In this document: piece after piece, positions 8,370 to 16,657 of the stretch
Layout: the number at the start of each line of letters is the position of its first letter
Numbering within the stretch: the stretch's first letter is position 1
From: Candidatus Calditenuis fumarioli
GTDB taxonomy: Archaea > Thermoproteota > Nitrososphaeria_A > Caldarchaeales > Calditenuaceae
Length of the DNA stretch: 32,000 bases
Assembly (NCBI GenBank): GCA_030059665.1
Contig: JANVYR010000002.1
Coordinates: 543,521-575,520 of the forward strand
Reading direction: 5' to 3'
Notes under the pieces: generated by a model
Told to the model about the DNA's origin: nothing
Seen by the model: only the letters and a program-made list of their open reading frames with translations
Databases searched by the model: none
Position numbers and translations under genes: made by a program

Positions 8370-11090
8370 ATGAGCGGATATCGTGGTAGGTCAATCGGTT
8401 TGCTGGTGGTCGTCGCAGCCGCGCTGGCGATCGGTCTCCTGATGGCTGCCGTGCCAGCTCATGCTCAACAGGTTCCGAAGGGCCCGTGGGTCGACGAGGT
8501 CAGCTTCTTCGTTGAGCAGGACCAGGCCAAGGCGATCGACATGCTCCTGAAGGGAGATATGCACGTCTACTTCAGGGATCTGAGGGACCGAGAGCTCTTC
8601 AGGCGCGTCAAGGAATCGCCAGACCTCTGGTACGTCTACTCCTACGGGCTCTACTACGAGCTGACCTTCAACCCCGTGGGCCCGGAGTTCCCAGCGACCG
8701 GAAAGCTGAATCCCTTCTCAGTTCCCAGGATCAGGGAGGCCATGAACTACCTCATCGACAGGAACTACATCGCCAGCGAGATAATGGGCGGAATGGCGGT
8801 ACCGAGGTTCACGGCGCTGACGCCCGCGTTCCCCGACTACGCCAGATACGCTGACACCATCAAGCAGATCGAGAAGGAGTATGCGTACAACTTCGAGAAG
8901 GCGAGGCAGATAATCGCCGAGGAGATGAGGAAGCTCGGGGCTGAGCTCCGCGACGGCAAGTGGTACTACAAGGGTGAGCCGGTGACGCTGATCTTCCTGA
9001 TCAGGACCGAGGACCAGAGGAAGCAGATCGGCGACTACGTGGCCTCGCAGCTGGAGAAGCTCGGGTTCACGGTCGACAGGCAGTACAAGACCAGCAGGGA
9101 GGCCTCTCCGATATGGCTCATGGGCAATCCGGCCGACGGCAAGTGGCATCTCTACACCGGAGGCTGGATAGCGACCGCAATCGACAGGAACGAGGGCGGG
9201 ACCAACTTCGGTTACTTCTACACTCCGAGAGGTGCACCTGTTCCGCTCTGGCAGGCCTACAAGCCTGACCCCGAGTTCGACAAAGTTGCTGGTAAGCTCT
9301 GGAACAACGAGTTCTCGACGATCCAGGAGCGCGACGAGCTGGTCAGGAAGGCGCTCTGGCTCTCGATGAAGGACTCGGTCAGGGTCTGGCTCGTCCACCA
9401 GATAGCCCCGTGGCCCGCGAGGAAGGACGTCTCCCTGACATATGACCTGGCAGGAGGCTTCTCTGGCGCGAGGCTCTGGCCCTACACCATAAGGTTCGTC
9501 GACAAGGTCGGCGGATCCATCAAGATAGCTTCCTCGGACCTGCTGGTGGACCCAGTGAATCCGGTTGCCGGGAGCAACTGGATCTACGACCTGTTCTTCG
9601 TCAGGGCGACCTCAGATCCGGCCCTCATGCCCGACCCATACACGGGCCTCTACTGGCCCAACAGGATCAAGAGCGCCGAGGTCTACGTGACCTTCGGGAA
9701 CCCAGTGGGTGCGACCCTCGACTGGGTGACCCTCAGGTTCGTCCCTGAGATCAGGGTTCCTGAGGACGCCTGGTACGGGTGGGACGCCGAGAAGCAGGAG
9801 ATCGTCACCGCACCTCCGGGAACCACGGCGAAGGCCAAGACGGTCGTTTACTTCGAGGACGACCTCTTCAAGCGGAAGTTCCACGACGGCAGCACCTTCT
9901 CCCTCGCAGACATCGTCTACTCGTTCATCCTGAACTTCGACAGGGCTGACCCGAAGAGCCCGCTCTACGACGAGTCCTACGTCCCGGTCTTCGAAGCGTT
10001 CAGGGCCGTCTTCAAGGGCCTCAGGATAGTCAGCAAGGACCCATTGGTGATAGAGGTCTACTCCGACAGGATATACTTGGACGCGGAGTGGATCGCCTAC
10101 GAGGCCGCCTCTTGGTTCTTCACGGACTACACTTATGGTCCTGGACCGTGGCACGTGGTCGCGGTGGGTGCGCTAGCCGAGGAGGCCGGTGAGCTTACCT
10201 TCTCCGCCGACAAGGCCCAGCAGATCAAGGGCGCCGAGTGGATGAACCTCCTCGCAGGTCCCTCGCTGCCCATACTCGCGAAGCACCTCGACCGGGCGAT
10301 ACAGCAGCAGTACATCCCGTACGAGAAGGTCATGAGCAAGTACGTGACAAAGGAGGAGGCCGTCAGGAGGTACCAGAACCTGAAGAACTGGTACCAGAGC
10401 AAGGGCCACTTCCTCGTCGGGAACGGTCCGTTCTACGTCGAGAGGGTAGATCCGACCGCGAAGGTGGTGGTGCTGAAGGCCTTCAGGGAGTTCCCCGACC
10501 CGGCTGACAAGTGGGCAAGGTTCTCGAAGCCCAACATCCCGGAGGTGAAGTTCGCCCAGGTGCCGTCTGCAGTCGAGCAGGGGTTCCCGGCGGAGCTCAG
10601 GCTTTCCGTGACGTTCGAGGGCAAACCCTACAGGACCGCTGACATCGCTTACATCAAGTACATCCTCTCGAGCCCCGCTGGCACATCGGTGGGATTCGCT
10701 GAGCCCGTGACGGACGGCGTCTGGAGGATCGTCCTGAAGCCGGAGGAGACCTACACGATGTCCGTCGGAACCGCGACGATAGAGGCGATAGTGGTCTCCA
10801 AGCTCGTTGGCGTCCCGGTCTCCACCACCGCATCCCTCAACGTCCTGAGCTTCAAGGACGCGGTGCTCAGCGAGATCGCCAAGGCGAAGGCCGACGCCGA
10901 CTCCAAGATCGCCGGCCTCAGGTCCTCCGTCGACAACCTGAACACGCAGCTGAGGGAGATCAACTCAGCCATCCAGGGGGTGCAGGGGAGCGTCTCCCTT
11001 GCGACAGGGCTCGGTGCCGTGGCAATAGTGTTGGCGCTGGTCAGCATAGGGCTGGCTCTGGCCCGGGGAAGGAGAGCGCCCGCGAAGTGA
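8370..11090 (+). CDS. ABC transporter substrate-binding protein, family 5 (peptide/oligopeptide/nickel type), 906 aa, with an N-terminal signal/TM segment and a C-terminal TM anchor
   Basis: Signal-like LLVVVAAALAIGLLMAAVPAHA. Family-5 core (NPFSVPRIREAMNYLIDRNYIASE). C-terminal coiled-coil-like stretch followed by LATGLGAVAIVLALVSIGLALARGRR. CCTTATAC element at 8328-8335. Confidence 0.92.
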   Translation: MSGYRGRSIGLLVVVAAALAIGLLMAAVPAHAQQVPKGPWVDEVSFFVEQDQAKAIDMLLKGDMHVYFRDLRDRELFRRVKESPDLWYVYSYGLYYELTFNPVGPEFPATGKLNPFSVPRIREAMNYLIDRNYIASEIMGGMAVPRFTALTPAFPDYARYADTIKQIEKEYAYNFEKARQIIAEEMRKLGAELRDGKWYYKGEPVTLIFLIRTEDQRKQIGDYVASQLEKLGFTVDRQYKTSREASPIWLMGNPADGKWHLYTGGWIATAIDRNEGGTNFGYFYTPRGAPVPLWQAYKPDPEFDKVAGKLWNNEFSTIQERDELVRKALWLSMKDSVRVWLVHQIAPWPARKDVSLTYDLAGGFSGARLWPYTIRFVDKVGGSIKIASSDLLVDPVNPVAGSNWIYDLFFVRATSDPALMPDPYTGLYWPNRIKSAEVYVTFGNPVGATLDWVTLRFVPEIRVPEDAWYGWDAEKQEIVTAPPGTTAKAKTVVYFEDDLFKRKFHDGSTFSLADIVYSFILNFDRADPKSPLYDESYVPVFEAFRAVFKGLRIVSKDPLVIEVYSDRIYLDAEWIAYEAASWFFTDYTYGPGPWHVVAVGALAEEAGELTFSADKAQQIKGAEWMNLLAGPSLPILAKHLDRAIQQQYIPYEKVMSKYVTKEEAVRRYQNLKNWYQSKGHFLVGNGPFYVERVDPTAKVVVLKAFREFPDPADKWARFSKPNIPEVKFAQVPSAVEQGFPAELRLSVTFEGKPYRTADIAYIKYILSSPAGTSVGFAEPVTDGVWRIVLKPEETYTMSVGTATIEAIVVSKLVGVPVSTTASLNVLSFKDAVLSEIAKAKADADSKIAGLRSSVDNLNTQLREINSAIQGVQGSVSLATGLGAVAIVLALVSIGLALARGRRAPAK

Positions 11091-11102
11091 GCAACCCAAA
11101 TT

Positions 11103-11125
11103 CTTTTTAGCAACGTTCCTTTTTT
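11103..11125 (+). promoter_or_regulatory. T-tracts (T5 at 11104-11108, T6 at 11120-11125) plus a TTTTTAGC TATA-like element: candidate terminator/attenuator after the binding-protein gene and internal promoter for the permeases
   Basis: Oligo-T tracts are archaeal termination signals. TTTTTAGCAAC also occurs upstream of rlmE. The permease ATG at 11139 lies about 32 nt downstream. Confidence 0.4.
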
Positions 11126-11138
11126 GGTTCTTCAGAGG

Positions 11139-12203
11139 ATGCAACTCCGAGGCGTAGCGCTGTACCTTCTCAAGCGGGGGGTCATCCTCTTCCTCACGGT
11201 GGTCGTAGCGGTCTACGTCACGATACTGATCGCGAACATGGGAGGGTACGTCGACGAGATCGTCAAGAGCGAGGTCCTCTTCAGGGTCTCCACATCGGTC
11301 TACCAGAACCCGGCCTACAGGACGCTGAACGAGACGGCCCTGAAGAGGCTCGTGAACGAGCTGTACGAGAACGAGATCAGGCGGCTCGGCTTCGACCAGC
11401 CCTTCTTCGTCCGCAGCTTCAACTACCTGAAGGACGCGCTGACGCTCGACCTGGGGAGGTCCCTCTTCATCAGCAGCGACAGCGGATCGCGGAGCGTAAG
11501 AATAATACTGCTCGAGAGGTTGCCCAACACGGTCCTGCTCTTCACCACCACCCAGCTCCTGCTCTTCTTCATAGGACTCTTCGGAGGCCTCTACCTGAGC
11601 AGGCGTTACGGCTCCCGGGTTGACAGGACCATCTCGCTGCTGGCACCCCTCTCCTCCCTTCCCGGGTGGTTCTACGGGCTCTTCCTGATCCTGATCTTCG
11701 CCTCGGTCCTGAGGCTGCTCCCCTACGGCGGCATGGTGGACATACCTCCTCCGACCGACAGGTTCGCCTACGCCCTCAGCGTCCTGAAGCACATGATACT
11801 CCCGGTGATGTCGTGGCTACTGGCCTACAGCTTCCTCGGCATCTACACCCGCCGAACCTTCTTCCTGATCTTCTCGAGCGAGGACTACGTAGAGGTGGCC
11901 AAGGCCAAGGGCCTTCCTGAGGACCTGGTGCGGAGGAGGTACATCCTCAGGCCGACGCTGCCTCCGATAGTCACGGACTTCTCCCTGACGCTGATCTCCT
12001 CCTGGCTCGGAGCGATCGTCACCGAGACGGTCTTCAACTGGCCGGGAATAGGCAGGCTCTTCTACGAGGCGGCTGTGCTCTTCGACACTCCGGTGATCGT
12101 GGGGCTCGTTGTGATCTACTCGTACCTCCTGGCCGTGACCGTCTTCGTTCTCGAGATCGTTTACGCGATCCTCGATCCCAGGATCAGGACGGGTGTTGCG
12201 TGA
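11139..12203 (+). CDS. ABC transporter permease (DppB/OppB type)
   Basis: Six-TM BPD-transport protein with an EAA-like region (YVEVAKAKGLPEDLVRRRYILRPTLPPIV). ATG at 11139 preferred over TTG at 11124. Confidence 0.92.
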   Translation: MQLRGVALYLLKRGVILFLTVVVAVYVTILIANMGGYVDEIVKSEVLFRVSTSVYQNPAYRTLNETALKRLVNELYENEIRRLGFDQPFFVRSFNYLKDALTLDLGRSLFISSDSGSRSVRIILLERLPNTVLLFTTTQLLLFFIGLFGGLYLSRRYGSRVDRTISLLAPLSSLPGWFYGLFLILIFASVLRLLPYGGMVDIPPPTDRFAYALSVLKHMILPVMSWLLAYSFLGIYTRRTFFLIFSSEDYVEVAKAKGLPEDLVRRRYILRPTLPPIVTDFSLTLISSWLGAIVTETVFNWPGIGRLFYEAAVLFDTPVIVGLVVIYSYLLAVTVFVLEIVYAILDPRIRTGVA

Positions 12204-13609
12204 TGTCGTCCGGACTTCGGGAGAACCTCAGGACCATTCTCTCCTACAGGTCAGCGCTGATCGGCATAGCCGTTATACTCGCCCTGGTGGCGGTCTCCGT
12301 TTACACTGTGATCGCGATACCATACGAGGAGGCGGTCAGGCTCTGGAGGGGCGGAGAGCAGCACTGGCTGGACACTCCGAGGTACGCGTACCCGACCTGG
12401 TACTCCTTCCTGCTCCAGAAGAGGTTGCCCGAGACGATAATCAGGGACACAACCAAACCGGGACCGGGTGTGTACAAGGTCGTCGTCCCGGCCGGCGAGA
12501 CGATCAGGATCCTCAGGATAGACGCGGAGTTCACCTTCGATTACGACGACTTCCCCTCGGAGATCAACGTCTTCTACACCGTGAGGTTCAACAGGTCCGC
12601 ACCGCAGATAACGTTGACCTGGATAAAGCCCGACGGGACCAGGATCGAGCTGAGGAAGTTCACACCAAGCTCGGATGGTGCATACTACGTCAGCTCCGAT
12701 GCGGCCTTGACCTCGAGGGAGGTGGAGAGGTTGGTGGCTGAAATCGGAGGGAAGCCCAACTACGAGCTCTCGCCGACGATAACGCTCTTCGCGGTGGAGG
12801 ACCAGACGCTTCTCGACAGGAACACGGCCCGGGTGATGAAGGGGGTGTACAGGCTCTCGGTGGAGGGGCTGATGTTCGACCCGCAGAGCGACTTCGACCT
12901 GAAGCTGGTGGTCTACGGGAAGGTGTACGGTTGGGCTGGTACGGACTACCTACGCCGTGACATCGGGATAGCGCTGCTCTGGGGGACGCCCATAGCCCTC
13001 GCGTTCGGGATGATAGCGGCCGTATCGGTAGCTCTGATACAGATGTCGATCGGCGCGGTAAGCGCCTGGTTCGGAGGTGCGGTCGACAACGCCATCCAGC
13101 GCGTCACAGAGGTCTTCATAGTGCTCCCGTTCCTGCCCACGCTGATCATGGTCTCGACGCTCTACAAGATCGACATCTGGACCCTTCTCTTGGTGATCGT
13201 CCTGCTCCTCTCTTTCGGGCCGGGCGTGAAGAACTACAGGGCCCTCTTCCTTCAGCTGAAGGAGTCGCAGTACATCGAGGCCGCGAGGGCCTACGGAGCC
13301 AGCTCCCCCAGGATAGTCCTCCTTCACCTAGTTCCGAGGGTCATACCTACCATGATACCGTCCATAGTCTTCTCGGTTGCGGACTTCGTCTTCCTCGAGG
13401 CAGCGCTGGCGATACTCGGGATAGGCGATCCTAGGACGCCCACGTGGGGGAAGGTGATACAGGACTCGTTCTACGGCGGTGCGCTCTTCAAGGGACTTTA
13501 CTACTGGACGCTCCAGCCGGCGTTTCTGCTGCTGATCACCTCTTTGAGCTTCGCGCTCGTGGGGCTCGCGCTGGACAAGGTGTTCAATCCGAGGCTGAGG
13601 GAGGTGTGA
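12203..13609 (+). CDS. ABC transporter permease (DppC/OppC type) with an enlarged extracytoplasmic loop after TM1
   Basis: GTDYLRRDIGIALLWG (GTDxLGRD-like) and YIEAARAYGASSPRIVLLHLVPRVIP motifs. The ATG overlaps the upstream stop (TGATG). Confidence 0.92.
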   Translation: MSSGLRENLRTILSYRSALIGIAVILALVAVSVYTVIAIPYEEAVRLWRGGEQHWLDTPRYAYPTWYSFLLQKRLPETIIRDTTKPGPGVYKVVVPAGETIRILRIDAEFTFDYDDFPSEINVFYTVRFNRSAPQITLTWIKPDGTRIELRKFTPSSDGAYYVSSDAALTSREVERLVAEIGGKPNYELSPTITLFAVEDQTLLDRNTARVMKGVYRLSVEGLMFDPQSDFDLKLVVYGKVYGWAGTDYLRRDIGIALLWGTPIALAFGMIAAVSVALIQMSIGAVSAWFGGAVDNAIQRVTEVFIVLPFLPTLIMVSTLYKIDIWTLLLVIVLLLSFGPGVKNYRALFLQLKESQYIEAARAYGASSPRIVLLHLVPRVIPTMIPSIVFSVADFVFLEAALAILGIGDPRTPTWGKVIQDSFYGGALFKGLYYWTLQPAFLLLITSLSFALVGLALDKVFNPRLREV

Positions 13610-13815
13610 GCGCGTTGAGCAAGATCAGAACCGATGCGAAGGAGGTGATAACGGGCGGTTCGATGATGGCCGCGGCGTTCGTATTGGCCTTCCTCATGGT
13701 GGTCGGGGTCATCGAGAAGGACCTGCTCCTGAGCTTCCTCGCCTACGCCGTCTCCCTCGCGGGCTTCGCGGTCGGCGTCCACGGCGTCTTCGGGCTTCAG
13801 AGGTCAAGGGGGTGA
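13606..13815 (+). CDS. Small predicted membrane protein (69 aa, two hydrophobic helices) embedded in the ABC operon
   Basis: GTG at 13606 overlaps the permease stop (GTGA). High GC3 in frame. Hydrophobic segments MMAAAFVLAFLMVVGVI and LLLSFLAYAVSLAGFAVGVHGVFGL. Ends 6 nt before the ATPase TTG start. No family recognised. Confidence 0.55.
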   Translation: MSALSKIRTDAKEVITGGSMMAAAFVLAFLMVVGVIEKDLLLSFLAYAVSLAGFAVGVHGVFGLQRSRG

Positions 13816-13821
13816 GGGGTC

Positions 13822-14814
13822 TTGCCGGCCAGCTCCTCGGACGACTACCTCCTGCACGTCAGGGACCTGATCCTGCACTTCTCCACGAGGAGGGGCATCG
13901 TCAGAGCCGTCGATGGGGTCTCCTTCTCGGTCAGGAGGGGTGAGACGCTCGCGATAGTGGGGGAGAGCGGCTCGGGCAAGTCGTCCACCGCGCTCGGGAT
14001 CGTCAGGATCCTTCCGAGGAACGTGGCGCGCTACACCGGATCGATCGTCTTCGACGGCATGGAGCTGATGCGGATGGACGAGGAGGAGTTCAGGAGGAAG
14101 GTCAGGATCGGAGGGATCTCGATGGTCTTCCAGGGAGCGATGAACTCCTTGAACCCGGTGCTGAGAGTCGGTTTCCAGGTGGCCGAGTCGCTGATCGTGA
14201 ACCTGCGGGTCCCGAAGCAGGAGGCGCTGAGGAGGGCGGAGGAGGCCCTGGAGCTGGTCGGACTGAACAGATCTGTTGCGCAGAGGTACCCCCACGAGCT
14301 GAGCGGGGGAATGAAGCAGAGGGCCCTGATAGCGATGGCCCTGATAACGAACCCGAAGCTCGTGATCCTGGACGAGCCGACGTCAGCCCTCGACGTCATG
14401 ACGCAGGCCAACATCATGAACCTCCTCAAGCGGCTCAAGCGTGATCTGGGCCTCACCTACATCTTCATCACGCACGACCTGGCCCTCGCGAGCGAGCTGG
14501 CCGACAGGGTGGCGGTGATGTACGGCGGCAGGATAGCAGAGCTGGGACCGGCAGACGAGGTATATCCGAGGCCGAGGCACCCGTACACGAAGCTGCTGAT
14601 AGAGAGCGTCCCGTTCCTCCGATATGACAGGCCTCCTACCTTCATACCCGGATCGCCTCCGGACCTGATCGAGCCTCCATCTGGGTGCAGGTTCCACCCG
14701 AGGTGCCCGTACTTCATGAAAGGGAAGTGTGACGTTCAGGAGCCTCCGCTCTTCAGGGCCGACGGGGAGCACTGGGCTTCGTGCTGGCTGCTGGAGGAGG
14801 GAAGGGATGCCTGA
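13822..14814 (+). CDS. ABC transporter ATP-binding protein (DppD/OppD type) with a Cys-rich C-terminal domain
   Basis: Walker A GESGSGKS, signature LSGGMKQR, Walker B LVILDEPTSALD, C-terminal PPSGCRFHPRCPYFMKGKCD...SCW. TTG start preceded by GGGGTGAGGGG. Confidence 0.95.
   Translation: MPASSSDDYLLHVRDLILHFSTRRGIVRAVDGVSFSVRRGETLAIVGESGSGKSSTALGIVRILPRNVARYTGSIVFDGMELMRMDEEEFRRKVRIGGISMVFQGAMNSLNPVLRVGFQVAESLIVNLRVPKQEALRRAEEALELVGLNRSVAQRYPHELSGGMKQRALIAMALITNPKLVILDEPTSALDVMTQANIMNLLKRLKRDLGLTYIFITHDLALASELADRVAVMYGGRIAELGPADEVYPRPRHPYTKLLIESVPFLRYDRPPTFIPGSPPDLIEPPSGCRFHPRCPYFMKGKCDVQEPPLFRADGEHWASCWLLEEGRDA
14677..14750 (+). repeat. Copy 1 of a 74-nt near-identical direct repeat (71/74) within the oppD-like 3' end
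   Basis: Direct comparison with 15661-15734. The only 3 mismatches are all synonymous third positions. Confidence 0.9.
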
Positions 14815-15802
14815 GGGGCCCCTCGTCAGGACGGAGGACCTGAGGGTCTACTTCCCGGTGAGGAAGCTCTTCAGGACCGTCGGTTACGTCAGGGCTGTTG
14901 ACGGTGTCAGCCTGAGCATCGGCCGGAACGAGACGGTCGCGCTCGTAGGCGAGAGCGGCTCCGGGAAGACCACCTTCGGGAGGGCGCTGCTGGGGCTCGT
15001 CAGACCGACCTCGGGCAGGATCCTCTTCGACGGAACGGACATCGCATCGATGTCGGAGAAGGAGCTGAAGCGGGTGAGGAGGAGGATGGGCATCGTCTTC
15101 CAGGACCCGTACGCCAGCCTCAACCCGACCTTCACCGTCTACCGGATCGTGGAGGAGCCCCTGGTGGTCAACAGGATAGGGACCAAGGAGGAGAGGAGGG
15201 AGATGGTGATGAGGGCACTGGAGGAGGTGAAGCTGAACCCTCCGGAGTTCTTCGCGTCGAAGTACCCGCACATGCTCAGCGGCGGTCAGCGGCAGCGCGT
15301 CGCCATAGCGAGGGCGATCATCACGAGGCCAGAGTTCGTGGTGGCCGACGAACCGGTCTCGATGCTGGACGCCTCCATCAGGGTGGAGATATTGCTGCTG
15401 TTCAGGGAGATCCAGCGGAGGCACGGCGTCTCCTTCCTCTACATCACCCATGACCTGGCGACGGCCAAGTACTTCTCCGACAGGATCGCGATCATGTACG
15501 CTGGGAAGGTCGTGGAGGAGGGCCCGACGAGGGCGGTGCTCTCGGAACCCCTCCATCCCTACACGCAGGCGCTGATCGAGGCGATACCCGACCCGGACCC
15601 GATGAACAGGTTCAAGATGAGGGAGGTGGTTCCAGGTCAGCCGCCGAGCCTGCTGAACCCGCCATCTGGGTGCAGGTTCCACCCGAGATGCCCGTACTTC
15701 ATGAAAGGGAAGTGCGACGTTCAGGAGCCGCCGCTTTACGACCTCGGGGGTGGCAGGAAGGTGGCGTGCTACCTGCTCGAGGACAGGGCAGCGGGAAGCT
15801 GA
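14807..15802 (+). CDS. ABC transporter ATP-binding protein (DppF/OppF type) with a Cys-rich C-terminal domain
   Basis: Walker A GESGSGKT, signature LSGGQRQR, Walker B FVVADEPVSMLD. ATG at 14807 preceded by GGAGGAGGG and overlapping the upstream stop by 8 nt. The track start at 14729 is an upstream extension. Confidence 0.95.
   Translation: MPEGPLVRTEDLRVYFPVRKLFRTVGYVRAVDGVSLSIGRNETVALVGESGSGKTTFGRALLGLVRPTSGRILFDGTDIASMSEKELKRVRRRMGIVFQDPYASLNPTFTVYRIVEEPLVVNRIGTKEERREMVMRALEEVKLNPPEFFASKYPHMLSGGQRQRVAIARAIITRPEFVVADEPVSMLDASIRVEILLLFREIQRRHGVSFLYITHDLATAKYFSDRIAIMYAGKVVEEGPTRAVLSEPLHPYTQALIEAIPDPDPMNRFKMREVVPGQPPSLLNPPSGCRFHPRCPYFMKGKCDVQEPPLYDLGGGRKVACYLLEDRAAGS
15661..15734 (+). repeat. 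Copy 2 of the 74-nt near-identical direct repeat within the oppF-like 3' end
   Basis: Direct comparison with 14677-14750. Flanking sequence on both sides is diverged. Confidence 0.9.
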
Positions 15803-15880
15803 GTCCCTTGTCTGATCCCAACGCTGCAACGCTACCTTTTCGGCCCCTCAGGTCTCTGCCCCCGGAGCGTTGATAAGGGG

Positions 15881-16657
15881 GTGCGCGAGACGGAAGGCGA
15901 GTTGTCCTTCAGGCTCACGCGAAACGTCACGGGCGGGAGACCGACGATCGTGGCGCTGCCCGACGTGGGGTTGGTGGGCGTCATAGCGGCCTCCTTCATG
16001 ATCTCCAACTCGAGGAGCGAGGTGATAGGGAGCATCGAGCTCGAGGACCAGCCGCCGGTGGCGGTGGTGCAGGAAGGGAGGGTGCTGGACCCGATAAGGA
16101 TCTACGAGCTGAGCACCGAAGGCGGCGCGGCCTTCAACGCCGTCTACTCCGACATACCGGTTCCTCCGGCCCTCTCGTGGCAGATCTCGGAGGCCATCAT
16201 GGGCTTCGCGGGGAGCGCTGACTCGAGGGAGCTCGTGGTTCTCGGAGGGCTGCCCGAGCCCAACAGGATCAACATCGAGCGGCCCAGGGTCTTCGTGATC
16301 TCGAGCGATCCCGAGTACACCAACAGCGTGGCGCAGAAGGGCGAGGTCGAGGTCTTCGAGATGGGGTACATCACCGGACCGAACGCGGCCCTGCTGAAGA
16401 TGGGGAGGGAGAGGGGGATAAGGGTGCTGCTCGTTCTGGCCCAGGCGCACCTGAACTACCCCGACCCTGGGGCATCCGCAGAGGTGATCACGTTCCTCAA
16501 CCGCGTCTATGGCACATCCTACAACATCCAGCCCCTCATGGAGCAGGCCGAGTCGATCAGGTTGCAGCTCCGGGACCTGATGCGGAGGACGGCCGCCTCC
16601 CTCACGAGGGGCCCGAAGGGCCTCGAGCTTGAGGCCCCTCCAGGATACATCAGGTGA
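15881..16657 (+). CDS. PAC2-family protein (proteasome assembly chaperone-like, archaeal COG1938 type)
   Basis: N-terminal PTIVALPDVGLVGVIAASFMI (PAC2-like G-x-G-x-VG segment), overall size and pattern (VVLGGLP, YITGPNAALL, RVLLVLAQAH). GTG start, alternative TTG at 15902. Confidence 0.75.
   Translation: MRETEGELSFRLTRNVTGGRPTIVALPDVGLVGVIAASFMISNSRSEVIGSIELEDQPPVAVVQEGRVLDPIRIYELSTEGGAAFNAVYSDIPVPPALSWQISEAIMGFAGSADSRELVVLGGLPEPNRINIERPRVFVISSDPEYTNSVAQKGEVEVFEMGYITGPNAALLKMGRERGIRVLLVLAQAHLNYPDPGASAEVITFLNRVYGTSYNIQPLMEQAESIRLQLRDLMRRTAASLTRGPKGLELEAPPGYIR

Noticed and set aside
14753-15829. 358-aa minus-strand ORF covering the whole oppF-like gene
   Set aside because: Arg/Pro/His/Leu-rich with no motifs. 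The plus strand carries complete Walker A/B and ABC signature motifs.
16640-16657. Possible HbYX proteasome-docking motif at the PAC2-like C-terminus (...PPGYIR)
   Set aside because: HbYX needs Tyr at the penultimate position. Here Tyr is third from the end, so the motif is not satisfied.
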